Part shown: positions 1-14,176 of the stretch, one piece after another
How the letters are laid out: the number at the start of each line of letters is the position of its first letter
Numbering within the stretch: the stretch's first letter is position 1
DNA from: Camelus ferus
Lineage: Eukaryota
Assembly (NCBI RefSeq): GCF_009834535.1
Contig: NC_045697.1
Span: forward strand, 29,142,001-29,206,000
Length of the DNA: 64,000 nucleotides
Reading direction: 5' to 3'
The notes under the pieces: generated by a model
The model's input: only the letters and a program-made list of their open reading frames with translations
Told to the model about the DNA's origin: nothing
Database searches by the model: none
Position numbers and translations under genes: made by a program

Positions 1-399
1 ACAGCTCCAAAATTACTCTGCCATAACTATCTTGATATTGCAAAGACTGGTAAGGCATTCAGTAGGATCCAAAACTTCATAGGATCACAAGCCATAAAAC
101 TAAACCATGAGCTGGCTTTATTTAATCTTTATTATCAGTGACCTACTTAAAAAAAAAAAAAAAAGGCCTCACCCTCAAATAAATCATAGAGTAATAGCTG
201 TTAAACTCTGTACATCTCAAAGTGTATAATCCTCACCCACGTCTGTGAGGACTATTTCCTAAGGGCTGTATCCTGGATAATACCTGATGGTCAACATCAC
301 AGTGTCTGATAAATAAAAATAAACGTGCAAATTACAAACTGTGTCCTGAAACTAATTCTACCCTGTCAAGGCAACAGAATAAAATGCAGACTGCTGAAC

Positions 400-550
400 A
401 ATTCATTTGCTAGCTACGTGAATCCAGACAAATTTATTCAACTTTTTCTGAGCCCCAGTTTCCCCATTGTTAAAGTGGAACTAATTTCTTGCAGGATTGT
501 ATGGAGAACAGAGAAAGTATTTATAAAGCACTATTCCTGGCACATATAAT
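400..550 (+). mobile_element. MIR SINE fragment
   Basis: Degenerate MIR core (ctgagccccagtttccccattgttaaagtgg ... cctggcacata). Confidence 0.7.
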
Positions 551-1854
551 TTGTGCAGAATTTTAATTTTTCGCTTTATAATGGCAAATTTTCCTTTTTG
601 AAAAGTAATCATAGTAACGGGCATGTTAACTATTAATTAAAAGCAAATCACTAACATATAAATGAAATTATGGTTTTACATACTTCTGTGCTGTATTTTA
701 ATGAGGGGAAGAAGTGCCTCTCACAACTATTCAAGTGGCAGAAAATTTTCCCCAAATAAAACACTTAGGCTCAACTGTTTGTTTCCAGAAAAATCTGATT
801 TTCCAGAATGATTCCAAACACAATCCATTTACTAAAAATTGTATTATTGTTTTGTCATAAAAATCTTCAAGCAAAACCCACATGCCACTTTTTCCCTGTG
901 GCTTCACCCTCCTCCTGACACAATATTGGGTACCCCAGGGCACCCCATCTGAGAAGTCCATCTTAGTATAAATCCTTCATATTACTGTGGAGGAAACTAT
1001 CTTACTAAAGGCCACCTAACTACATGTATTAATAAGATTTGTGGGGAAGTTCCTAGAGAAAAGAAATGGTTTCCAGACATTAACTGGGTTAATTAATTCA
1101 CTCCAACCCCCTCACCCACTCCTTATTCTGTGAAAAAGCTATGGCTATTGACCATTATATCACAGAGTCTTTAGGAAGACCAAATGGGGGAACTTTCCTA
1201 GATTCCAGTAGAAGAAAAAGCTATTCTGAGTAGAACACTTGGTTTGCTTTTATTTTTTCAGGCATGTGAATCTTATGTTACTCATGGTCCTTCTTCAGTA
1301 AATGGTGGGATCTGAGGGCAAACGTTTGTTGGCCTTAAGACAACTGTGGCATCGTCTTAATTTGCTCACCCTGATTTTTTTACCCTCTCACCTTTATCTT
1401 GTCTACCTTATGTAGTTTTGAAAGCAGTTTCAAATCCATTTTTGGAATGAGGCAGGGTACAAATAAAATATGTGAAATTAATCAATGTATTTTTTCCAAA
1501 AAGATGTCCATCAAGTTCTATGTCCTGTTCTGCTTCTCCCAACTCTCACTCATAAATCTAGGCTAAAAATAACTTTCTCACCCCATGCCTTCAACCAAGG
1601 AATGAGAATTCTGTTTTTAGAAACAAGTCCTCTCTAAAGGTAAATGAACTCTCCACACCCAGGGGTGCTAGTACACGGGCCTAAAGCTGCCAGGGCAAGA
1701 GTCTGGTAACAGAGTTCTGGTTCTCACTCTGTCATCAGCAGCGTTTGACCACAGACATGCCACCTTCTGGCTTCAGCATCCTAACTCCACATGTGAGAGT
1801 TATTACAAAGATAAAAGTGAGACACTGCATTTGAAAGCATCTTATAAACTGCCA

Positions 1855-2000
1855 ACCATCAGCTCCTGCCTGGATGGCTACAGCAGCCTCCCAGCTGACT
1901 TGGTCGCATCCACTCTTGCCTACTGCAATCAATCTAGCTCTCATGGAGACAAAGTGACCATTTAAAAACATACAGTTTGACCACGTCACCCTCCTGCAAA
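1855..2000 (+). mobile_element. L2 LINE fragment
   Basis: cctggatggctacagcagcctccc...catccactcttgcc...tttaaaaacatacagtttgaccacgtcaccctcctgc resembles the L2 3' region. Confidence 0.6.
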
Positions 2001-2074
2001 GATCAAGTCTAAACAAGTTAGGCTGATATATAAGGTAGGGAAGGCTTATTCACAAGGTATGTAACTTAATAATA

Positions 2075-2330
2075 TTAATAAAACAATTAACATTCCCTGA
2101 GAAGTTATTATAAACCAGGCACTGTGCTAAGCATTTCAAGTACATTGTCTTATTTAATTATTACTACAACCCCATGAAGCAGATTCTATGGTTACACTCG
2201 TTCTGGAGATGAAGGAACTAAACAGAGGGAGGCTGCCCATTTGCTCAAGTCTCTTAACTGTAAATGATGAAGTTGGGATTTAAACCCAGGATTCTGACAC
2301 CAGAATCTGTGTGCTTAATTATTCTGCACT
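2075..2330 (-). mobile_element. MIR SINE
   Basis: ccaggcactgtgctaagcattt...acaaccccatga...gatgaaggaact...gggatttaaacccagg matches the reverse complement of the MIR consensus. Confidence 0.85.
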
Positions 2331-4620
2331 ATGGAAGAGTCCAATTGCTTCTACCCCCAGTCTGGAAGAGTAGAAAATTAAAATTTGTGTTATAACAAAA
2401 ATGACAAGTTACATATATTTATATTGTAGTTTCAGAGTCATTTATGAGAAGTCAAAACTGTGAATGGCAAACCCATGGATTCTCAACACCCACCATCCAA
2501 GAATTTTTTGAAGAGTCCCAATACTCAACTTTAAATAGTAAAAGATATTCTTGACTTGGGTTAGAAATAAAGATAGGAGTTTGACGTTTTGGATGAAGTA
2601 TAGAGAATGTTAGATAATCCTAAGTGTCATGGGCTCAGAAACACCTGGTTACCCAATTTGTTCTTGAGATTCTTGAAAAGCTGGCACATTTGGGGAGGTT
2701 TTTGAGAAATCAGAGATCCATGAAAAGTGTAAACAGAGCCTGCAATTTCGCTTTCTACAGTTCTCAATAATCTCTAATCACACTGTTCTTTCTTGCTAAC
2801 ATTGAACAAAATTATCTACCTCTTTCAGAAGCGAGGAAAACGAACACGCCAACATTCCCATCATAGAAATTATTTTTAAAATGAACACAAATTACGTCTG
2901 ATTCATAGGTGGTGGTTATTGATATCACTCCCCACCCCCTCCGTCTTTGTGCGTTGACATTTGACCCTTTTTATACTGTGCACCTTGTACCAGTGAAACC
3001 TAAGGCACCAGCTAGTTACTCATTAAACTTGGGTGCCAAGGGCTGACTTGTACAAATTACACTGTTAACTGCCTGGCCTGGTATGTGTGCAGAAGTGGAA
3101 AAAGCAATCATCATAGCTGTGAAATTCTGTCATATCGGCAGAATTGAAATATAAATTGCAGCAATTCGTGCCTGACCTCTGATCTTGTGAAGTTAGTCTA
3201 AACCTTTGAACCTCAGCTTGGAATTGAGAAACAGCAATTACTTGCACCAGAAAAGATGGCTAGCAAGTATTCTGTGCTGTGAATAGTTAACCCTGTGACT
3301 GGTGGTCAACCCACGTCCACCTCCCCCAAAGAGTCACCCAGAATAAGAGACTTATTTAGGAAGGAGATCTTGAGAGTACATGTCTCATAAAATGGCAGTA
3401 TGAATAACTCTAATAGAAGTAGAAACTTTCAGGAGGCAAATCTTTTAAAGGAGTATATAAAAATAATTGTTAAAAAGGGGGAAACTGAGATAACCGAAAT
3501 TATTTGGCATTTATAATTGATAATATATGCTTAAAAAATTCTCATCACAAATTAGGCAAAGAGAGAGTTTTAACTAAATACTTTAACGTTTTTAAAAAAC
3601 TTTTTACCAAATGGTACCATTTCTCATGTATTTTTAAACAAGTATATTATCTAATTTCTGTTATAAAATACATTAAGCCATCTCTGGGAAAAAGCAACCA
3701 TGGGAAACCAGTTACACTTTTCTTAGAATCCAAACTTACTTTCTGGTAGTAAACATTAGATGTAGGCTAATGAATAAATATAATAACATGTTCTTAATGT
3801 ATACATTTTGTCCCATTGACTCATCATTTTATTCACAATGAAGAGGGTTTTGCTTCTCAGAATTAGCTTCAAATGCTATTCAAATTGCTGCATTTCCAGG
3901 TAGGAGAAGTGAATAAAGATTCTTTATCTCTGGTTTCCTTGAGTTAATATTAGAAATTAAATAATGCATAAAATATACCAAACTATTCCTTCTAGTAAAA
4001 GTGAAACTAATTTGTATAGTCTTTAAGGTATATAATTTATATTTAACTAATTCCATTTCATAAACTTTGCTATTGGTTTGAGAAAATGATTAATACAACA
4101 GTCTTCTTATACCAGAACTTTTCTCAGAGGAAACGTCATTATTGCTAACCTTTATGTAGTAACTATCAAATACTAATTCCATCAGTTTCTTATTCTTATC
4201 ACATACATATATTTTTTAAAGTCACAAATTTCTTCTCTAAGGACTGACTCTGAAATGACTTTGGAAAATAAATGCAAATATTGTTGATAAATTCCTGCTT
4301 TTTAATCCCACAATTAAAACAGCAGCAATCTATGAAAACATGACTCTCCTTAACCTAGTTTTTTCAAGTGTGTTAAAATGAAGAGATGCTAGACAAACTG
4401 ATCTTTTTGTTTTTTAATGTTCTTAACTTCAGAATTTTGGTTTTGCTTCTGGTAAGGCAAACTGTGCAGCATTTGAAACTCTCACAAACTTCCAATTTTT
4501 TTACCTTCAATTAAGAACAAAATGGATCATTTGTTTATTCAACCTGACCTAAATTACTTTAACCAAACACAAAACCATCTCCTCCTCTCTTCCAATTACA
4601 ACAAATAAGGTGTTCCCTAC

Positions 4621-4760
4621 CTTTCCAGTCTTGAAATCAGGATGCGACAGGCTAATGGTAACAAAAGCTTTGCTTAAGCAAACTTCGCTCCTGATCCCAG
4701 GAACTGCGTAACGCTGTTATACATGGCACACCTCTCCTCATTGGTCAATGAGCTTTGGCC
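4621..4760 (-). promoter_or_regulatory. Candidate alternative promoter and short non-coding first exon of the minus-strand host gene
   Basis: On the minus strand: NF-Y-type GACCAATGAG (~4737-4746), TATA-like TATAAC (4716-4721), several retained CpGs, then donor GAAAG|gtaggg at 4621/4620. Confidence 0.4.
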
Positions 4761-7700
4761 ACTTAAATGCCTTGGGAGTCATTTGCTAAGGGCACCTGTA
4801 ATGAACTTGAGTGGGTGGTACAGAAGGAAGGGAGGTGTTAAAATCGCCAGATACAAAACTGCTCAATAGCAGTCTGAAAAGTTAACAGCAAACCTACTGT
4901 AACACATGGATCCAGGGACAGCCCAAGAAGACAAATGCTCTGACGTTTACTAGAGAAGGAAATTTAATTCACACGCCAATGCTGACTAAAAGGAAACAAA
5001 TGATTTTTTAAAATTCACCTTCCTAGAAACAAGATGGATGCCCGTTACCTTGTTCTGCAGGGTGCAGACAAGGAAACAATAATTCTTGTTTCACCAGAGT
5101 TGCTGAGTTCTAAGCGTTTTATGTATGAACACACATAAAGTGCCTAGAAACTTTCCCGGCATATAGAAAGTACTCAAAAAATGTTACTGTGATTTCTTAG
5201 AAATGTTCTATTTTTAGCAATTGTTGGGTTTTCTTCTTCTCATTATATCTAGGGTAGGTAACCTGGATGAGTACCCTTTATCTTTTCTCCTAATCACTAC
5301 CAACAATTGGGTTTGTGATACGCCTGGCAGAAAAAAGATACAGGCAAAAAACCACATGAGAACTAAACCCTCATTTTATTTTACTTTATCAGTTTGGAGC
5401 TGGAAATGAATTTACTGCTAAGAAGCGGAGAAAAATAGAAGGGGCAGAGAAAGAAGAAGGAAGGTATAAAACATAATTCATGATAATAAAAACAGTCTGT
5501 ACATAACAACGGACCAGGAGGACCCGAAGCACTTAAGCAGAGTAAATATGCTCCTTTTCAAGCAGGGAAGGGATGGAACCTCCCGGGAGGCTGTTTGCCA
5601 GTTCAGGCAGCTGGGAGATCAGGGGAGAAGGGACCAGAAGATGGACTTGAGGAGGGCTCCAAAAAGCTATCCTGTGATATCTGAGACCACCTGAACCAGG
5701 ATTACCCTGAGCTCCACAGCATGCAAAGAGAGAAACAAATCTGTAACTCTTCCTAAAGCAAGCATTTCAAAGATGTGGTCTCAAATTTTCCCTTAGTTGC
5801 TATTCTATAATTGTTAGCCTTAATAAATCCTATAAACCCTAGGAATTTGAAGTAACAAGGATAGGAAGTAAAAAGGCCAGAGTAAAAAGAAAGTTTTAAA
5901 TCCATTTATCTACCTGTATTTTTTAAGAGAGACAGTTTTATTACTCCCAAATGAAATAATCTAAAAATATCAATAGTGACTAAAAAATTATCAGTAGGTT
6001 ACTTAGTAAAGGGTCAAAATCCAGAACAAGTCTAAGATTATAATCATGTTAAATATTATATAAAGCTAAATTGCTAGGTTCTAATTAAAGGAAAATTGAA
6101 GCAATCTATCAATAATATTAAGGAAGTGTTTCAAAAAAAGCTACTGACTTTACACTAAATTCCTTTTGACTACAAAAGAGACTCAGAAAATCTGCCTTTA
6201 TGTAAGAGTAATTGAGTATATTATATAAGAATTTTTAATAAATTCTGGGTGTGTGATGTGCATTAAGCATTAGGAAGAGTGTTTTGGTTTGGACTTGGTG
6301 TAGGAATGGGTGCTTGTCAGGCGTGTGAGTACATGCGTGTGTGTGTGCATGCACACGCATTCCTATATCAAACATTACCCAGAACACAAAAATGTAGGAA
6401 ACAAACCATCTCAAGAGGATAAATTTTAAGAGTAAAGTGGTAAGGACAGGGCAGCTTTTCACTGAACACCTGAAAGCAATCATTTCAATTACTGCCTGCT
6501 CTAAATAAAAAATAAGCAACTTCTTCCTGACTTTGCTTTGAACAGGGTTAATTTAAAAAACACACAGATAACTATGGTCTCTGCACAAACAATGCACACA
6601 AGTTATTACAAAGGTACACAATACAGAAAAGGACACAGAAAAGGTAATAATCGTCCCTTCTGCTGGCACTGACACTGACCCCTATTACATAGCCCTCGAC
6701 GTAGGCAAAGGTATATGCCAGTGGCATCCTGTAGACATGTGCTGCATTTGCTGCCATAACTTCTGATAGATCTGGTTTGAAACAAGCTTAAATCAGCACC
6801 GGAGGAGCTTCCTTTGTCTTAACAAAGCACCTTTGTTTTTAGAGTGGATGACAGCAGGCATATCTGAGTTCTGAGTCTGGAGACACACACAAAAAAAAAA
6901 AATACAGGCCTGAAATAGAAGCTTGAGACAAGATCAGCTCTAAGGTAGATCTGGAAAAAGGAGTAACAAGATTCATGAAGCACGGGTGAAGACATGCTGT
7001 GAAGCCAGGAAATTGTTATGTGGGCTATTTTAAATATATGTAATATCTATTTTGGTCCCCTTTACATTCTACTAAGAGAACATTCTTTTTTATTTCAGCT
7101 CACTTAAAGGCTATAAAGATATAGCCGATGTAAAGAGCAAGTCGATGTGTGTTTGCTCTGTATTTGATAGTGGTGAGCAGTTTTCCAGAAGTAGATTTTA
7201 CACTATGTATTTAGAATTTCAAAACCTTTGCTGGAATTGGTTATTGTATTAATGTATGACTAAAGCATAAGGAGAAGAAATTGTACACACACCCCCACAC
7301 ACCCACATATATGCACTGAGGCACTAGCCTTCATCTGAAAAAAATGACTATTGGCACTGAAGCCATATACCTGTTCGGGTAGTGTCAGCACCAGTAGTTG
7401 GCCATGACCCTAACTAGCTGACATTGCAAGACTGAGCTCAAAGAGCTGAAGGGATGCAAGTACACATGGGAGAGTCCTCCTAAAGAATTCATGTGACACA
7501 CAGAACCCACCAGAAGAATGGCAATATTATAAAAGGATTAACACCTCCAGGGCAGCCATTGGTTTCTATGTACACGCATATGAGACCTTGGCCTCAGCTG
7601 CATGCACTGTTAATGTTCCTTTACCTGCCCTCTTCCATCACTACTTTAGACCAAAAAGCCTTTCTCCACGTTTGCAGAGCAGTATCCACAAACCTGCATG

Positions 7701-8134
7701 ATTAAAAGCACCATCATATTATCTTGCAGTTAATTTATTAAATTCCCCATTAACAGTATCAACAGGAAGAATGAAAGAATGGGCATTGCCATATCTGGAT
7801 GAAGAGTTTACCTTATCTGTACATTAGGACAGGATCAAAGGGCTTTCATTTTAAAATTAAAAACAATATCCTCTCTATCGGATCTCAAATAATTTTTTCC
7901 AATTTGCCACTTAGAGCTTCACTTTGTCTATGATGCCACTGACATACGTAATTTTTAATGTGAAAGGTAGAAACCGTTTCCTTCATGTTTTGTCCTTTTT
8001 GTGCCCCATTTAAGAAATCCTCCTTATCCTGAATCAATAAAGATATTCTCTCATTTTAAAACAAACAAACAATATCCTCTCAATTGGCACAATTGCTTTA
8101 AAGAGTAAAATTATAATAATAACTAATACTTGTG

Positions 8135-8345
8135 CATTTCATGCACTCAATAATATCAAGTACCTTCTAAGTGTCAGGCACTGTTCTAGGTACTGGGGCT
8201 GTAACAGTTAGCAAAACAGGCAAAAATCCCTGCCCTCATAAACCCGATAGTCTCATGGGGGAGACACTGAATAAATAAATCAATAAAATATATAGTAGGT
8301 AAGATTATGAAAGAACTAAAGAGAGAGAATAGCAGAGAAGGAGAA
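8135..8345 (-). mobile_element. L2a 3' end
   Basis: gtgtcaggcactgttctaggtactggggctgtaacagttagcaaaacaggcaaaaatccctgccctcat is the typical L2a terminus in reverse. Confidence 0.85.
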
Positions 8346-8350
8346 TAGTA

Positions 8351-8390
8351 GTGTGTGTGTGTGTGTGTGTGCGCGCATGTGTGTGTGTGT
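8351..8390. repeat. (GT)n microsatellite, interrupted
   Basis: Seen directly. Confidence 0.95.
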
Positions 8391-9379
8391 CGGGGAGGGA
8401 GGGGAATGTCCCGCATGGTCTCTGTCTTACAAGGGAAAATATATTTATTATTATTACTGTAAAAATTAAGCTTGTGAATCCATTAGGTTTCTAGTGGGAC
8501 ATGCTCTTAAAGCATATATCTAAACTCATTGAAATTATATGTCAAGTACTTCCTGCTTGCATAGCAGTAGCTATTTAACATGGACAAGGCAGCAGAGATC
8601 TTACATTCAGCAGTAAGGGCCAGGTAGGTGGTATAATGGAAAGAAACCCAAGATAGAACAATATGCTTTGGGATGACTGTTGTGAAGTAAAATGAGTGTT
8701 CCTCTACCTTCTCAGGTTAGCTGAACTTCAAAGGGTTTACACTGGCCAGGCTGGGCTGTGGGGGGCTCTCCACTCACCCTCACTCTAGCTCACCCCTCCA
8801 CCCCCTTTCAACCACAGTCTTCAGGTCCACCTTTACTGGGGATACTGAGTCCTTTTCCCTTAGAAATGTTCACCATGACAGGGAACCCTGACTCAGAGAC
8901 AGCAGGAAGAGAGAGGACAAGGACTACTAACTTTTCTTGAATCTCAGGTTCCAGCATCCCACCCAGGGTGAGTTAATCCAGAAGCTTTGTAACATTATAT
9001 GCTATTATGTCTACTACAGAGCCTGTCTTTAACTTCTCAGACAAAGCACATGAGAGAATTATCCAATAAAATAAAGTATAACCCCACCTCATATCCAACC
9101 AGCTCCTTCCCTCCCAAGCTTTACTCATGCAAGGGGTACTTCTTTTTTTCACTCTAAAATATCTATCTGTCACAAAGGCAGTGATTCTAGTGTTTTTCAT
9201 TTTCCTGTGTAATGGACAGTCATGAGGAGCCCATGGACTTCAAGCTCCCATGTTCATTACACACAACACTGACAAGAGTACATTGGTGAGGCAGCCAATG
9301 ACGAGGCAGAATCACCACCTACATTTCCTGTCTAACTTTCACTTAAATTTATCTATCACCTCCATCTGAAATAAAATCG

Positions 9380-9625
9380 CAGTAGCTAACTTCTCTCTAT
9401 AACCCTTATCAGATACAAGTCACTGTTACTAAGTGCTTCACATACACTAACACATGCACGCCTCATAAACACATTTTGTGGTGGGTACTACTATTGTCCC
9501 ATTTGACAGCTGAGTAAACTAAGGCGCAAGAAATAAAGTAACTTGACTAAGACAAGCAGCTAGTAAATAGTGGAGAGAATTTGAAACCAGCCATTCTGGC
9601 TCTTAGAGACCACATTTTACTGCCT
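9380..9625 (-). mobile_element. MIR SINE
   Basis: ctaagtgcttcacat...gggtactactattgtcccatttgacagctgagtaaactaaggc...aagtaacttgactaag...tttgaaaccag. Confidence 0.85.
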
Positions 9626-11367
9626 CTAGATAAGGAAATAATTTCCCTTCCTCCCTCTCCTTTCTTTAATTACCTGTATGTCTCTGGCCACCTCCCCACC
9701 CTCACCTCGCTGCTCTGACCCTGCCAGTGACAGGCATTTCTGTCCTTGCCAGAAAAGCTTTGAAACTTTGGAGATGGTACCTCTGGAGCCAGGGAAAGCT
9801 TTAACATTTGGTCAGTAAAACATTAACTTCTAAAACCTAACAAAAGCTAATTTAAATCTAAAGAAAAGTCCCTGCTTTTTCTCCCTAAGCTTTCACCCTG
9901 TCCTAGGCAGTATTCTTCATGAATTCTTTGAGCCCTGTTAGGTTCTATAGTGGTCCCTTCCTGCCCCTCTAACACAGCAAACTGTAGTGTCTCATCCTTA
10001 CCCGTCTCTAACCCTATGTACCCTGTGGCAGTTTTAACAGATTTTTTGTTTTCAAAAGAGGAAGTTCAGAATAAATACTGAATGCAGGCGGAGAGACAAT
10101 ACCTATTACAAAGTCATAAATAATGTGTCAAATCCAAGCCCCGTGTCTCACTTTCACTAGAGAAAAGCCAGCTACGTTGTCATAATGTAAAAGTAGATTC
10201 CCCACCCCCTCTTTAGAATGGGCAGTCCGGTTAACAAGAGCTCAGGAAGTGTGTCGTTTTGCAAAGTATTATGCAAGTTTCACTCTTTAATAATTAAACA
10301 GTGTAATAAATAATTTCCTCAAAATTACCACAGAAATCTCCTACCATTCTGGATTTAGTGAGTGCTGTGTTTACTTTCAATAACATTCCGGGGCGTATTC
10401 AAGCACAGAGGAGGAGAAAGCAGTCAGAGACCTGGATCCTGATGTGGGTTCTATTAACTAGGAGCTAATCATCTTTTTGATGAGACAGTTAAACGTCAAA
10501 CAATTAAACATAAAATACAGGGCAAAACGCAGCACCACATGCTGTGCAGGCACTAAGGCTACAGAGTCAGGCAGGGAACATTATCAAATTGACCAGAGTC
10601 CATGGGCAAAGCTTCCTGCCAGAGATGCTGGTAGCCTGCATTCTGATTTCCATCTATTAGGTTACAAACCCTGGCAATCACAAACCCCACAACTTTAAAA
10701 CATGCACTTCTCTGTATCTGTTTACTTTGTAATTAAAAAACAAGAAGCAAAATGCATTTCCCTGAAGAATTTTTCTATTCCAAGAATTGAGTATTATCAA
10801 TACTGGCATTAACCTTCAACATAATATATTTTATAAACATAATACCTGAATCAACCAAGAGATTGAATCTTGTCTGGGTCTTGAATAACTGGTAAGGTAC
10901 TAAATAAGTTATGTTGTCTTTAAAAGACTGTGAATATTTTTTCTTAAGACCTTTGGGTTCAGTTCCTGTTTAAGCTTAATTATCTGTTCAACATACTTTC
11001 GCCACTTTAGAAAAGGAGCTCTTATTTTTTGAGAATATGAAAGTAAATATTCTAAAGGAAAAAAATGTTTTAAATATGGAAATAATACAAAACTATGCAA
11101 AAGAGGAATCTAGCAGATTAAAACTTTAGCTGCTGTGCATCTATAAACACTGGTTCGGTCATTAATTAGAAACATGAAGACATCTTTAAAGGATCAATGG
11201 TAAGGCTGATCACTTTAGACAGAGTGCTAAAATTAGCAGGGAGTGTATGTTCAAGAAAAAGAACAACATAAAATAGTACTGAAGCAAGTAGTTTAGACAT
11301 AATGAACCATTTTCTATGAGAAACTGGTAACTTCTCAAGACACTCAATTTTGAACTGGTTATATGAG

Positions 11368-12140
11368 ACATTCAGTCATTCAACAAATGGTTACTGGTCA
11401 TCGACTGTCTTTGTTCTAGACCCTGAAGATAAAGTGATGACCAAGACAGACAAGGTCCTTCCTGTTACGCTGGGGAAACAGAATCAACAAGCTTTGTTAT
11501 TGTTTTGATGTTTTGGGGAGGGGGCGTGGTGACAAACGCAATGAGGAAGAATAAAGCAGGGTTAGGAGGAAAAACTGGGGGCTCTTTTGGTTACAGTGGT
11601 CAGGGAAATCCTTTCTCTCTTGAGTAGAGACTGGATGAAGGAAAGAACAAGCAGTTTGAAGACCCAGCGAAAAAGCCTTCCAGACAGAAGGAAAGACAGC
11701 AGCGGGGGAGCAAGCTTGGGGTATCTGAAGAATAGCAAGAAACAGGCAGTGAGGCTGAAATAGAGTGAGCAGGGCAGGCGGGGGTCAGATGACGGCCTTA
11801 TTGTCAAGGACTTTGGTTCTGTTGGGCTGAACGGAAGATTCTGAGCAGAGGAGTGATGAGATCTGATTTTCTTTTTCTTAAGATCACTCGGGTGTGGAAA
11901 AGAGATCACAGACATGTAAAGGAGGAAGCAGAGAGATGAGTTGCAGGCTGCTCCAGTCATCCGGGGATGGGATCACAGTGGTTACCCTAGAGAGAGGTGG
12001 TGGGAAGAGAAGCTGACTGTGAGTTGTATGACAGAGGCAGAGGTGACACAGCTGGCTGATGGATGGCCTGTGGGATGGCAGTGTCCCAGATGACTCACAT
12101 TACAGCCTGAGCAACTGGGAGAAGGGGGGTGCCATAGCAC
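11368..12140 (-). mobile_element. L2 LINE 3' portion
   Basis: cattcagtcattcaacaaat...agaatagcaagaaacaggcagtgaggctgaaatagagtgag...taagatcactc...cctgagcaactggg is collinear with the reverse L2 3' consensus. Confidence 0.8.
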
Positions 12141-13029
12141 CATGTCAATAATATGGCACAAAATGTTTTTTATGGCATGGCATTCAGTCAAAAGCAATAA
12201 AAGCACACATAGATAGTGTGAGTGCTGTCAACCACCAGGCAGCATATTGGGATATTATTTTTTAAAAATCTAGGTTTTAGCCAACCAACACCTTCAGTCC
12301 TTAACGTCATTGCTGAGTATCTTGTGCATGAACTCTGCAGCCCTCTCCATTTCAGTTTTCTCTCACACTTTTATGAACGTACACACTATGGAAAACTGAC
12401 TCTAGGGCCAAGAAACAAAAAATAGACAAAACAGAGTCTCGGCAACCTCCATCATGGAAAGCAATAAACTACACATGTAAGAGACACACTGGGTACACGG
12501 GTGGGGGAGGGGGGTGCAAAAGAACCGTACCCTTGGAATTGCCAAATCTGAGGGAAACAAGAACCTGCTGGGAAAACTCTTGGGAAGCTCCCGAGGCCCC
12601 GTGGAAGGTGGAGATGGAGGACCATGGTGAATGCACGCCTCCCTCGCTCTTCAGTCTACAGATCCTTTCCCCCTGCGCCCTCTGTCTGGCCCTCATTTCC
12701 ACTGGCCCTTTGAGTCTCCTGCTCATGGTCCCTTCCATACTCTTTCCATTGGGGCTCCATGATCCTGTCCTTACTTAGCTCCCCTCATGTCTACAATCTG
12801 CTTGTGCAGATTTTCTATTATTGACGCCCCTCCTCTCTGTCCCCTAACACTAACTACAGTCTAGAATACTGCATCCACTCTTCAGTTACATTGCTTGGCC
12901 CTTTCTTTCCATCCTCCCATTGAAAAACATATTCTACCATCTATTTAGATGCCCTGTTAGCCAATAATATGAAGTATGTCAGTTAATATACTTATCACAT
13001 ATACGTGGTATATGTATTCTAATCTCTCT

Positions 13030-13790
13030 TCTAGGAATTACAAATAACCCAACAAAATGTTCAGTCTCATTGGTAAGCAAATAAATGTAAATTAAAGCAA
13101 GAAATATATAAAGAATATCACTTTTAACCAATAAAATAAGCAAATAAAAAAATTTTTAATGGAGGTACTAGGGATTGAACCCAGGACCTCATGCTTGCTA
13201 AGTACATACTCTACCCTTCCCCTCAAATTAGCAAATAGTGCTAAAACTCTCACTCTTCAGAAAGACAAATATAAATTGATTAAAATCTTTCCTTAAAAAA
13301 ATTTTATATATGAGAAGCTGTGAAAATATTCATTCTCTTCACTTGGCAATTGTATCATTAAGATCTATCCTAAAGAAATAATAAAATGAAGTTTACGTAC
13401 AAAGATGTTTATCTCAGAATTCTTTGTAATAAATTTAGAAACTATCCAAATGCTTTACATTAAGGGAATGGTTAAATAAATGGTGGTACATAAGCCACTA
13501 AAAATTATATTAACTGTTCAGTCACTAAAAATTACTTTTATGAAGAACTTTAATGTCATGAGTAAAGGTTTGTGATTTGTGAGATTAAGAGAATAGTACA
13601 TAAAACTGTATATACAGATGATCAATTGATACTGTAAAAATAACTAGAAAAATAAAAAAATATTGAAGTGGTTGTCTCTGAAGAGTAAGAATATTGAATA
13701 CGGATGATTTAAGTTTTTAATTTTATGTTCTTCTGTATTTTAACATTATATACACACATTTATCTTTAGCATAAACTTGGTCATCAGAAA
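13030..13790 (+). mobile_element. Old L1 (L1ME-like) 3' fragment interrupted by a SINE
   Basis: aaaatgttcagtctcattggtaagcaaataaatgtaaattaaa...acaaagatgtttat...gggaatggttaaataaatggtggtaca. Confidence 0.7.
13153..13222 (-). mobile_element. Camelid tRNA-Ala-derived SINE (Vic-1-like), internally deleted
   Basis: atggaggtactagggattgaacccaggacctcatgcttgctaag; A-box segment missing; ~13-bp TSD aaataagcaaata / aaattagcaaata. Confidence 0.8.
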
Positions 13791-14152
13791 AATTAAGATG
13801 GTTTGAGATAACAATTTCCTGTTTTAGCCCCCTTGTCACCTTTTCAGCCCATTACTAAGTCCTTAATGGCAATTATTTCCCTTTCTTTTCTTACTGATTT
13901 CGCTCAGCACTAACAAGGCACAACCTCTTTGCTTCCCTCCCGGATAGCCACTTTCCCTGCTAACCAGCCTGAAAGCAGGAAGGACCATCTCCCTGAAGTA
14001 GGGTGGGATCATATTACCCCCACGAAGGGAATCTGATGTGATCCTGATCATCCATAACATTACAAGCTTTTGATCATGAACTGCAAATCTTCGCTTAACT
14101 TCAGACTACAAACCACTGCAAAATTGCCCTTTGTTCCTCTCACACTCAACAG

Positions 14153-14176
14153 ACACACACACACACACACACACAC
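14153..14176. repeat. (CA)n microsatellite
   Basis: Seen directly. Confidence 0.95.

Noticed and set aside
6792..6812. REST/NRSE-like TCAGCACCGGAGGAGC
   Set aside because: Only the left half-site matches; the GGACAG half is absent
11562..11960. 132-aa minus-strand ORF
   Set aside because: Lies wholly within an L2 remnant
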